Position numbers and translations under genes: made by a program. From the human T2T-CHM13v2.0 reference genome, Homo sapiens: a stretch of DNA of 64,000 bases. A model generated the notes under the pieces. It was not told the DNA's origin. It did not search any database and saw nothing but the letters and a program-made list of their open reading frames with translations. Each line of letters starts with the position of its first letter. The stretch's first letter is position 1. The stretch lies in assembly GCF_009914755.1 (NCBI RefSeq), contig NC_060945.1, one strand, 5' to 3'. Below are positions 1 through 13,758 of the stretch, one piece after another.

Positions 1-789
1 AACACAAGGCTCAATCCAAAACATGCACAGTAAGCCCGTGTGAAGTGTTCACATGCTGTTCTGAGGCTGGCTGGATCTGGAGTTTCTGGGAGTGCTCTCT
101 TGGGCTGGCACGTCTTGGGCTGTGGGGGCCCTGAAGCCCTCCTAGATGCTGGACATTGGTGTGTGTGCAACTTGGTGGTGGTGTTGGGGTTACTTTCCAG
201 AAGCTACTCAAGGCTTAGTCTCAGTTTCTATCTAAAGATATTTATATGGGAAGTATTCCAAATGTGGATTTATAAAGATAACACATGGATAGAAATAGTG
301 TAAAACTTGTGTGAACTGAACCAGCCAAGCTTCTAGTCTTCCCTTTCCAAAACTTTCCTTTTTCTCCCCCCGTGTTAAAGATTTAAAAATATATGTTTAA
401 AAAGGTCACTTTTAACTTGTAAAAATTATTCAACATATACAGAAATTTAAAAAGCAGCATTGCAGGTTATGTGAGATTATGTATGTCTGCTCTTTGGAAC
501 TAGGTTGAAATGATAGCTACAAGGTTCTTTGGAAGAATGGGGATGTGTGGGTGAGAGTGGAGTAGACAGGCTGGGCTTACTAACTAGGCTTGCACTGGCC
601 CCCGTCAGTCACTGTTCCCAAGTCAAATACTGCATTGCACTGAACACCAGAGCAGCAGTGCATTTCCTAGAGAACTCTGCAAGGCTACAGGTGGCAGACT
701 TAGGGAGCGCTTGCCATCCCTGCCCTTCCCAGCTCTACCCAGAACAAGGAGGCCTCGCACACTACCTGGTCATATTTTGACTTCATGCA

Positions 790-795
790 TTTAAT
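790..795 (-). terminator. Candidate polyadenylation signal ATTAAA for the - strand small ORF
   Basis: tttaat on + strand = ATTAAA on -. It is followed on - by GT-rich sequence (gtagtgtg...ttgttctgggt) resembling a downstream element. Confidence 0.45.
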
Positions 796-1009
796 GAACC
801 AAACTAAAGGTAAATATTTTCTTTTGATTCCCAAGGCAGACTTGTGGGTACCCAAGTTCCTCAGCCCATCTTTAACTCAGTAGGATGTGGCATCTCCATT
901 GAGGCTCTTCATGGAATCCCTGGAGGTGAAACCTCGGTGTCCGGTTGCTCCAAACCAGTGCTGGTGGGATTCAGTTTTCTGGACCCATTTCTGGGTGAAG
1001 TCAAGGAAT

Positions 1010-1745
1010 GGAGGCGGGCGGCTGTCAAGCGTCTCTGTTGCTCAATGGGGCAGGCCAGTCCCAGCGGCGACTTAGAGGTGGCTGGCTGGGCGTCCCTACA
1101 GGAGAATGGGCCACAGGGCCAGCGGGGCCAGCAGGATGAGCAGGCCTGGTTTGGGGTATGGGCCGCAGGCGTGGAGCTCGATGCTGGGCAGGGGCCTGCT
1201 CACTGACGAGTTGCCACCCGGGATTGGGGTAGGGGTGGGCGCGGTGGTCTCGGGCTCTGAGCGGCTCTGCACCGGCAGGAGCAGGACTGGCAGCAGCAGC
1301 AGCAGCGCCAGTGCGGATCGGGCCGCCATGGCCAAGCGCTCCGGCTCGTCCCGTAGCAGTGCCGCGGCGGCGGCCGCTGCCGGGAGTGTCTGTTCCGCGG
1401 TTACGCGGGGTCCTCTCCGGTCCTGTCCAGTGAGGTCCTGACAGCTGTACCCTGGCCCAACCCCTGCCCACGGCTGTTAACGATCAGCCTCGGGGAGCAG
1501 GTGTGCCGCCACGCGCGCCGTAGCGCTCCGGAGCTGGCTCTGCGCTCACGTGCTCGCTGTGCCCTGCGCGCGGGCGGGCCGTGTCCCCGCAGCCCCGCGC
1601 CTGGCGCTGCCAAGCTGCCCAGCGGGCTTTAGCAGGTGCTGAAATGCCCGCTGCCAGTCGCCGAGTGCTGGGTGCAGAGGATCTCTCCAGACACCTAGGC
1701 TCCCTTCTTTCGCGGCACGTGGGAAAAACTCCTGAAGTGCGTGCA
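1010..1745. promoter_or_regulatory. Intronic CpG island, probable promoter of the - strand small ORF
   Basis: Very GC/CpG-dense stretch (gccgcggcggcggccgc, cacgcgcgccg, tgcgcgcgggcggg) in otherwise CpG-depleted DNA. CACGTG E-boxes near 1547 and 1716. Confidence 0.8.
1096..1329 (-). CDS. Putative small GPI-anchored mucin-like (CD24/CD52-like) protein, 77 aa, single exon, antisense within ADARB1 intron
   Basis: ATG at 1329-1327 in a strong Kozak context (gccATGG); the ORF track starts 2 codons earlier at a TTG. Translation: MAARSALALLLLLPVLLLPVQSRSEPETTAPTPTPIPGGNSSVSRPLPSIELHACGPYPKPGLLILLAPLALWPILL*. It has an N-terminal signal peptide, a T/P/S-rich core with N-S-S sequon, small residues A-C-G, a spacer, and a hydrophobic C-terminus ending at the stop. 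It lies in a CpG island, with ATTAAA about 300 nt downstream. Confidence 0.65.
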   Translation of the reverse strand: MAARSALALLLLLPVLLLPVQSRSEPETTAPTPTPIPGGNSSVSRPLPSIELHACGPYPKPGLLILLAPLALWPILL

Positions 1746-2174
1746 CAGAGTTTTTGTTTTAGAGGCTTTGACGTTATGATTAAGTATACCTGTGATGTAA
1801 CGAAAACCTTTTTTAATGCTTCTCAAAAGATTTGCTAGCGTTTAACATTTACCTCCTGTACTGGAGTTTAAAGGAAGCGTTGCTTCTTAAGTAATCAGTG
1901 ATCCTTTTGCTTTTGGAAATTGTAATGAACTTCACCATCGTAGAGCTTTAATATTTCTTTCCTGAAGCAGAAAGCATGTGAAATTTTCTGGATAGTGTAT
2001 ACTTAATACGCAAGCTTTTGGAGTTTTTGAATGCTGGGTATGTTAGCACACCAGTCTTGCTGACTATTACGTGGGAGATGAGTGCTGCTTAAAATTGTGT
2101 AAGGGGTCAGTAGTTACAGTGGTGGACATACTTTTGCCAGACATGGTTTATTTTAAAGTGAACATATTTTGTGC

Positions 2175-2487
<313 letters not shown>

Positions 2488-2859
2488 TAATTCTAAATCA
2501 GAATTTCTATAATTATCTTCCTTACCTTGGTGTCTGTCTGTTATCAGCACAAGGGTTTAAAATAATTTTTGATTTCTTGGAAGTAATTACGCAGGCAGTT
2601 CAATGGGAGAAGGCACTTTCCTCAGCACATTTGGGGTGCTGTTGTCAGAAAGAAGGGGATGGATTCAAGTCAGCAAAACCAGCTGTAACCACAACTATAT
2701 TTTTTAAACATGTAGCTGCATGTTCCATAAAACAGCATATAAAAAATAGAGTGAGCATTCTTTATTGGAGAAATAGCTGATTCTAGGACTGGGCAGGAAA
2801 TAACACAAGTGCCAGGAATGCCAAGGAAATGGCAAGGAAATGCCGAGAAACAAACATAA

Positions 2860-4110
2860 CCACACCCACATCAATGGGTGGTGTCAAAGGGACCCAGGAG
2901 CCAACTGAAAGAGCTCCCAGTGGCCAAAGCTGGAACAGTTTCTACAACAAAACAAAGTAGTATTGGATTATAGCCCAGAGATAAATAAATATCCATGAGT
3001 CCAGACTGACATAAATAAATGACTGATAAATGAGGAGAAAAGACAAAGCTCCTTTTCCAGCACAATTCCAGATCATCTCTGCATCTGCTGTATCTGCTGT
3101 GTCTTCCAGGAGGTGGAGCACAACCCTTACCCCAAGGCAAGGGCTGTGCAGAGCAACTTCCTTCCAGAGAGGACAGCATGGAAGTGGGGCGGGGGGCTCA
3201 ACCCAGCAGGGGCCAGGTCAGCCTCACAGTGGTCAGTCACGGTGACAGGGTGTGCCTGATACAGTGGAGTGACAGTGGGCCTTCACCTCTGGGGGCTTCA
3301 TCCCCAAACTCAGTCCCTTCCTGTACCATGAGAAAAACATCAGACAGATCCCAGCTGAGGGACAGCTTCCTCAACAGTCAAAAACCAAGAAGAGTCTGAG
3401 AAACTCACAGCCAAGAGGGGCCTAGGGAGCCATGACATCTCAATGTCACGTGGGATCCTGGACGACTGAATCTGACGAAAGTGTGGATTTCAGTTAATAA
3501 CAATGTGTTAATTAATACTGGTCCGTTAAACCAGCAGTCCTCAACCTTTTTGGCACCAGGGACTGGTGACAATTTTTCCATGGGCCGAGGTGGGGGCTGG
3601 GAGAATGGTTTGGGGATGATTCCAGCGCATTACATTTATTGTGCATTTTCTTTCCATGATTACATTGTAATATATAATGAAATAATCATACAACTCAGCA
3701 TCATGTAGAATCAGTGGGAGCCCTGAGCTTGTTTTCCTGCAACTAGATGGTCCCATCGGGGGTAAGGGGAGACAGTGGCAGATCATCAGACATTGGATTC
3801 TTATAAGGAATGTGCAACCTAGACCCCTCACATGCGCAGTTCACAATAGGGTTCCAGTCCTGTGAGAATCTAATGCTGCCACTGATCTGACAGAATCAGT
3901 GCAAGAACTGATTCTCTGAAGCCCAGTTCCTAACAGGTCATGGACTGTTACTTGTCCATGGCCCAGGGGTTGGGACTCCTGTATTAAACCGTGCTCATGT
4001 AAGATCTTAATAATAGAAAATGGGTGTGGGGTCTGTGGGGCCTTTCTGTCACATCTGCTCAATTTTTCTTCAAATCTAAAATTGTTCTAAAAATAACGTT
4101 TACTTTAAAA
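2860..4110 (+). mobile_element. Old L1M (L1MC/ME-type) 3' region, interrupted by MER1A
   Basis: ggagccaactgaaagagctcccagtggccaaagctggaac and the terminal aaatctaaaattgttctaaaaataa resemble L1M 3'UTR sequence; subfamily uncertain. Confidence 0.55.
3532..3981 (-). mobile_element. MER1A hAT-Charlie DNA transposon
   Basis: Terminal inverted repeats cagcagtcctcaacc / ggttgggactcctg; interior matches MER1 (gaatcagtgggagccctgagcttgttttcctgcaactag); 8-bp TSD cgttaaac / tattaaac. Confidence 0.9.
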
Positions 4111-5247
4111 ATAAGTGTTTTTTCAAAAACACTTTTTTGTGTCCTTATCTTCTGCTCCAAATAAATAATTATCCTGACTTTTGTGTAAGTGGTTCCACTA
4201 GTTTTCTTTGATTTCTTAACTCTGTCTGTTACCCTTACACAGTATATCCTTTGGTTTTGAAAACCGAGTAGTCAGGGCACACTTATCGAACCAGGCCCCA
4301 GGGGTCAGTGACGGTTGATCTCCAAGGGGTTCACTTTTGGGGAGGGGGGTCCCTCCTGGAGCAGTGCGTTCAGCTAGCTCGTATACTTTTTCACAAGTGT
4401 GTTCTGTTCCCTTCAGCGGGGTAGGCCTGCTACCCTCTCCTTCCACTTGGGCTTCCCCTTTCTTGTCTGTCTCCTTGTGCCTGGCAGCCTTGGGTATCTG
4501 TGATATGGCTGTGGTTAGTTTTGGTGCAGTGGGATATATTTATGTGCTGCAGTCACTTCTGTGAAGAGTTAGGTGCTGTCCGGGTGCTGTCAGCTTGGAT
4601 TCCGGAGTTGTCCTGTGCAGTGGAGGCTGTAAAGGAGCATTGTCAGGGAAGAGAGGCTGTTGCTACTGTACCCATTTGACTGGGGACTCCTGGGATAGAG
4701 TGAGTTCCAAGAAAGAGCAGGGAAGAATTGGGTCAGTGGAGACACAGTGGGGGTCAGGGCATGGACAGGCCGTGCTGCAGCTTGGAGATACAAAGAATGA
4801 GGGACGAACCCAGAACTGGAGGTGTTTCTCAAGAACAGAATCTTCAAAGGTTGAGATGAAACTCCCATCATACTTACTAGCAATAACCTCTAGCAAAGTT
4901 GAGGTGGTCTGTTTTGGCTAAATAAAATGGACATAGCATTGCTGGGCCCCTGTGAAGGGCTGGAAGCAGGGAAATGTCAGCAGTGGCAAGCGTGCCCTCT
5001 GGGGAGTAGGGAATTTCCCTGGCGCTGGCAGGCAGCCCATGCTGCCGTAGATGTTTCCTGCTGTCCTGGGTGGCCTCACACAGAGCAGCTCCACACCTGC
5101 TCTTTGAAGTTTTCTTGGGGTGCCTGCTGGCTACAAGGGGTCTAGATGTTTATGACACTGATATAAAGTCTCTGTGCTTCCCTTGGGGAAATGCTCCCAA
5201 GTATGAAGCACCCAGGTTCTGAGAACAGAGTTGGATAAAAAGGTTGA

Positions 5248-5679
<432 letters not shown>

Positions 5680-7319
5680 TGCTTCTTTGTATTTTAATAT
5701 TTGTGTATTTTATGATTTTCTAGAGAAGCATTGGTTTCATTTTGGCCTAAGTATGATACAAGAGGTGGAAGGCTGGTTTCTCTGTTTCCTTCAGCTGCTC
5801 CTGACTGGTCCTCATCTGTTCCTTCTCAGATCACAATTAACTGAATATATTTTAAAAGAGAAAACTCGTAAGTGCCCTAAGGAAATAAGGAATTATTTTG
5901 AACACTAAAGCTAAAAGCATTCTAACATTGTGTTGCTTTTATGTTCTTTACTAAATTTGCTTCATGCACACACACACATATATGAGTGTATTTCTCAGTA
6001 TGCAGATGATTTCAAGGACTGGCTTCCTTCGTGAAAACGTATTGTTGGTTGCAAGAAGATAGGGGACTGGAAACATGATTCGTCTGTCTGTAGAGGTGAA
6101 GTTCCAAGAAGCTCACCACTGTCCAGTCTTTATGCTTATGAACTTGTTGAGTGAGTTCTTTTTTTATAGTGTACCCATGTCTAGGAATTTTGGCTGAAAT
6201 CAGCTTCTTTGCTTTTTTAGGCTTTTTGCTAGTGATAGTGTTGTCTTTGTTCTGTAAAACAACTGTAAAGGAATACCAACAATCTAGTGCAGAAATTCTT
6301 CTGTAAGAACAAGCTACCCTGATGTCATGTCGTGTTTTAGGACTGTTTGCTTCTCAACCTGATGAAGTTGTTCTTAGCTGTTTGCTTTGTTTTCTCATCC
6401 ACAGCAGTATTCCTTTCTTTGTATCTTGAGCAGGCTTGTTAAATCCCGTGGGAGGCTTTTTTTTTTTTTATAGGTCCTTTCTCTACTTGGCTATGTTGCC
6501 TGCTGAGTTTAAAGCCTTTTTATGATATTTAACAAAGCCCTCTGTGTTCAGCGTGGGTTGTGGTTGTGTTTAATGTTTCAACCTAGACTCGTGTATTAAG
6601 TACAGATATCATCTGTCACTTAACTTAGCCTTGCTCTCAGTGTGTTTATCATCATGTCTCTAAGGCCATCCTAAATACGTGACCTGGAGAGAGAGGGGGT
6701 GGCTAGGCCAAATGCTGGGATGCCTGCACTCCGTTTCTTAGCCGTGAGTCTGTGCTTGGAAACCCACGAGAACTCTGGGGAGCCACAGGCCTTGGGGCTT
6801 TTAGCTGTCCCCCTTTTCTCTTACTCTCCGGATGAGTGACTTGGGAACTTCCGAGCAACTTAAAATATTTAGCTCACTTTACTTTAATAAACCATTTTTA
6901 GTGCTATCTATGATAGGGTCCTTCCAGTGGGAGGTACACAAATTTAACTTAACTATAGTTAAACAAGAGCCAGAAAGGTAAAGAAGGTATTGTTGAGAAC
7001 AAATACGGCTGGATGCACTTTTGGGGTGCAAATTTGTCTCTTCTCTGTGTCAGTTGTATCTCCCCAAAGCAAGGAATAAGTGCTGGAGTTGAGTGCGTCA
7101 GAGCAGGGCTTGTGGCAAGGCAGGAAGAGGCTGCACAAAGCACAGATGTGCAGTTTCATTAGTCAATATGGAGGAATCCTGAGGTACCCACTGGCTATGT
7201 TGAGTAAAGGAAAGAAAAAACAAAGGCATACCATGTGGAAAAGAAGAAATAAAACTACCTCTTTTGGGAGTATCTGGAAAACCCTAGAGCAGTCCTGTCC
7301 AGTAGAAATACAAAATTAA

Positions 7320-8600
<1,281 letters not shown>

Positions 8601-9330
8601 ATAATGTTGCTATTTCTCATGTACGTGCTTAATTGGAAATGGTGTATTAAATAAAGGTGAAGAGGCAGTTGCCTTTTCAGCTTAAAAGAGCATTAAAGTT
8701 TATGATTGTTAACTTCTAAATTTATTCTCAGTGTGCTTTGAAATAGACTTTATAACAAAAGCAGCACTAACTCTCCCTAGATTTCCTAGGAAGCAGGTAC
8801 CAAATTCTTATGCACCTGCATGCACAGGCTGCCAGGATGCCCCCGCTCTACTGTGGATTATTCTAGGCTGTTTCTCCTTCCTTCCAACCACCACACCCAC
8901 ATCCCTAAACCTAGGGGTTTAAATTTAGGTAACACACCTAGGGCTTGTTAAATTTAGGTAGTTTCCACACTTCGACCTTTTTTCTTAGGATGGCTCTGTA
9001 TTCATTATGGATTTCATAAGTCACATGGCTGGAAGGTACCTGATACAGATTAAACACAGAATTTAGTTAGGATAGCATTCTGTCTTTGAAGGCTGTGTGA
9101 TTGCAGCCCAGGCCAAGCCAGGCAGAAGTTGGGTCACTTGAGCAGGGCCCTGCAAACACACCTGAAGGAGGTGGCATTGCTAGGACTCTACTTTTGGGGC
9201 TGAATCAGCAGAGGCAAAAGGACTGAGTAAGTCCTTGCTGAGGATGGCACAGCTCTCAGCTACAGAGCTAGGACCAGACCAGGCTCTGGGGTTCATGCGG
9301 GAATCACCAGTCTGCGCTGCTGCCTCCTCC

Positions 9331-9550
9331 TGTATGCGTGTGTGTGTGCGCGCGTGTGCGTATATGTGTGTGCGCGCGTGTGCGTATATGTGTGTGCACG
9401 TGTTTGCGCGCGTGTGTGCGCGCTTGTGTGTATATGTGTGTGCGCGCGTGTGCGTATGTGTGTGCACTGTGCGCGCGTGTGCGCGCTTGTGCGTATATGT
9501 GTGTGCACGTGTGTGCGCGCGTGTGCGTATATGTGTGTGCACGTGTGTGT
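9331..9550. repeat. Compound alternating purine-pyrimidine repeat (TG/CG/TA), about 24-bp unit tgtgtgcgcgcgtgtgcgtatatg
   Basis: Directly visible; nearly unbroken RY alternation over about 220 bp. Confidence 0.95.
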
Positions 9551-11496
9551 CCCCATGAGTCCTGTGGCACCACCGAGTTGTCATGAATGCTTTCGTTTAA
9601 CGAGTCAGGAGCAGTTTCCCATTTTGTAGGCTGTTTTTCTGTGACCTGGATTTTAATGGCTTGGTCAACAGGTGGAAAAGTATCCACCTTTCCTTATCAG
9701 TCTGGAGGCTGGTTGGTTTTTTCTGCGTCGCCTGCGTCACCACTTCCTGATGTCAGCGCACGGGGCTCTGCGCCCCCCCAGGACTGGAGGCTCCGTGTAG
9801 ATGGAGACTTTTGTTTTTGTCCCATCCTCCTGGCATGTAGAAGGCCCTCAAATACTTGTTGAAGAATAAATGGACGGGCTTTGGTATTTTATAACCTAGC
9901 AATGCACCTTTTGGTTGTTTCCAGGTTTACTATTAAAACCAACGTCTTGATGCCCCTCTTTCTGGATGCTTTTGGTGATAGAGAAGCCAAATCACGCTGG
10001 TTTTAAGCAAAAATCATGTATTTGCTCCTGAAATTTTCCTTTGAAAACTTTCTGTATGCGGTTGTACGTCAGTATGTGGTTTTCAGCCACACTGGGAGGC
10101 GCCTTTCTCTCTCTTTTTGTCGCTATAGACATTAGTGGAAAGCCACAAGTAGCGTGGGGGCTGCCTCTAGTCACGCTTCAGCTGCAAGTGCGGTGTGAGC
10201 ATCTATTTTTACCTCACAGTCCTCGCTCTGAAAAATTCTGACCACTTTTATTTTTAACATTCTGCTCTATTAGCTGGGTGCAGGGAGGAAGGAAGCTCAA
10301 ATTAGTCAGTTTACTTTGTATTTATTTTTACTTGACCTTTTCACTTCCACATTTTGAGAAGAAAATGTGAGACTCTTTCCTCTGCATAATTTTCTTCCTT
10401 GAGGAGAAACCATTTTCAGTCATGCTTGGAAAGAGGTGGAGATAACCTCAGGGTAGCATGTTTAGCGTTTTCCATTCACGAAACAAACCTTAAAATGTTC
10501 ATCTGTTTATTCTATGAAATAATTAGTTTCTTATTTCCCACGAATTTGAAAACCAGTACATTTCTGTGCCAAGTAATGGCTGTGTTTTCTTGACCATCCG
10601 GCAAGTCTCTACCTGGGTGTGGTGACTTGGGGACCGCGTTGTCAAAGAGCCAGTGAGGCGGGGGTGTGGAGAATTTGTTTGCCCTTTGTTTTTCACTTAC
10701 CTTTTTCTGCAGGAATTGAACTAAACAATTGCTACTGACAATGATGTATTTTAATTCCTAGGAGGTTAAACTCCTCACCTAGAACAGTTTGATTAATAAA
10801 CCTAATCTATTTAAGCATGTGTCAATCCTTTTGGAAATTGTAATATTCAAGGACTTGCTAGCATTTATGGCTCTTTAAATATTTCTAGTTATAGTTGCTG
10901 TCAGGATTCATTTATTTTGATTGGGTAATTAGTTTTTTACCATTATTTTAAAAACTAATAAACATTTTAATCAGATCTCATGGACAGAAAGCCAAGATTC
11001 TTGTGCTGCTTCCTAAATGCAGTGGGCGCATCTCTGTCAGTTTTTACCTGCTGGAAGGTACTCCTGAGTGCTGTGCTGAGCTCTGCCCATCTGTCCATCC
11101 TCTTGGGACACTCATCCCTTTCCCATTCTCTGCTCTGTGAGGGGATGGTGCTAGTGAGAGCTCAGGTCGAGAGGGCTGGGGTGCTCCTTCGTCTCTCAGC
11201 TCATCAGCAGTGACTTGGAAGACAATCAGGATCTACCTGTGTTGTTGAGAAGCGTTACGCAAGCAGGAAAGCGCACAAGAGGAAGGCGCAGCTGAGTGAA
11301 GCATTGCAGAGCCCGCCAGGCTGTGCCTTCCACCCAGGCCAGCACACGGAGCGCTGCAGTCCCTGAAGGCTTCCTCAGGCTCCTCCTGTTGGCGTGGGTG
11401 CCTGCCACTGACCTCTGTGGGTGACAGGTTTGTCACTGGAGCTTGTATCCTGCAACCTGTTTGTTTGGGCGTGCCTGTTTGTTTGTTTTTAACGTT

Positions 11497-12320
11497 TTAA
11501 TAAACTTTATTTTTTAGAGCAGTTTTATATTTACAGCAAAATTGAGGGACAGGTACAAAGATTTCCCGTATGCCCCCTGCCCCCACACAGGCACAGCCTC
11601 CCCCATTATCAACATCCGTATCCGGAGCCGTGTATTTGTTACAGTTGATGACCCCATGTTGACACCTCATTACCCAGAGTTCATGGTTTCCATGAGGGTG
11701 CACTCTTAGTGTTGGACGTTCTGTGGGTTTGTACACATTTATGACGATATGGATCCATCCTTACAGTATGCAGAATTGTTTCATTGCCCTTAAAGTCCTA
11801 TGCTTAGCCTATTTTTTAACTATATAAATGCAGTCAAAGGATGTGTTTTTGTGTGTTTTCTTTTGTTCAGTATTACATGTGTGATGAGACTTGCCTGTGT
11901 TGTTGCCTGTTCGTTTTTACTGCTGTACATAGTACTCTGCTGTTTGACCATATCATATATTCATTCTGCTGACGATGGATAGTTAGACGGTTTCCAGTTT
12001 GGGGCCATTATAAGCAAAACTGCTCTGACCATACTGATACATGTGTTTTGGTAAAGAAGCACAGGTGTTGCTGGGGTGGATGGGCTGGCTGTGAGCACAC
12101 GCACTTCAGCGTGAGTGGGTGATGCTGGCATGGTGCCTGGTTGGGCACTCAACTGCCTGCTTTCACCACACTCCCCATGTGGCATCAACTGCTTTGGAAG
12201 TTTCTGTCTTCTTAATTTTTACCATTCTGGGCAGGTGTGTGTGGTATTTTTCTGTAGTTTTGATTCTCATGGACCTGCTTACTAGTGAGATTGAGCTTTT
12301 GTTACATTTCATGGAATTCT
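11497..12320 (-). mobile_element. Old L1M 3' end, antisense
   Basis: taaactttattttttagagcagttttatatttacagcaaaattgag...catccttacagtatgcagaat; further on ttccagtttggggccattat and accattctgggcaggtgtgtgtggtat, typical of L1M reverse strand. Confidence 0.75.
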
Positions 12321-13340
12321 GGACTCTCTGAGATGCCTCCCAAAGTGCCCAGCTACAGCCTCTGTCATCAGGGAAGGAGCAGGTATGGGAATGGTGTCTC
12401 TGCACACCTCATGTCTTGCCTACATCCTTCTTCAAGAAAATACTGGTTTTCCCCCTGAAAATGATAGAAATTGACTCATCATTTTTGAGTCTAGCTCAGG
12501 TGTCTTTTCTGGAATTGCCTTTTTTATTCGGTGTAAAGAGGCACAGGGACTTCATATCTGCTATAGATGAGTGAAGGTTGCCTAGACATGCACACAAGGC
12601 CCTTGGTGGACTTCCCCTATCCCTGGGGCTCCTCATAACCCTTCCCTCTTCTCTTCCCTGGACTTTCTGGGCTGGGGCCAGGGCTTGGGGTCGGGGGTGA
12701 GCCTTCCTCTCGGTGTGTATCTCTGTGTAGAGTTGCATGGTGAGATTCGGCTTCTGTTCTAAATGCAGTTGGGTGGAAATAAAGCAGGGATGGTCCTGAG
12801 TCACCCACATTCCTCTTGGTCAGTCTGCCCTGGTGTGAGGAGCTGGCAGCCTCTGCAGACCTTTGGTCCCACTTCCCATTTGGGGGATGTAGGCTTGTGT
12901 TATAAAATAGGTGAACATGTGATTTACTGATTTACTGCTTGAACAGGGACACTTTTGAGAGTGAAAGGGCCTGCAATTATTAATGACCCCAAGATGACAT
13001 GTGATAACGAGGAAGTTCTGGGGAGATCAGGTCATGATCCCCAGAGTTATGATCTCAAAGATGGAGAGTGTCATAGGGAGGATGCCCCTCTGTGAGTTGT
13101 GAGGGGCCACGTGTGTCCTGTGTACACAGGCCCTAAGGGGTGCTGGGGCCATGTGGGTAGTCATAGGAAGATGGCTGGAGTTGGGAGGCAGAATGTTTAA
13201 GTATTTCACTCATTGACTAAACTTAGTTGAGTTTTATTTGTCTGTGAAAAGGGAAATCTACTTGCCTTGCTTGCACGCCTTTCCTAGGGATATTTTGGGG
13301 ACTAAAATGTGATAGTGAATTTTAAAATATTGGTTGAAAT

Positions 13341-13758
<418 letters not shown>

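Noticed and set aside
844-1471. Other ORFs over the CpG island (844-1206 +, 1106-1441 +, 1025-1471 -)
   Set aside because: GC-rich shadow frames of the 77-aa ORF, lacking recognisable protein architecture.
9180-9687. HTRA/VCAR-rich ORFs
   Set aside because: Translations of the dinucleotide repeat tract.
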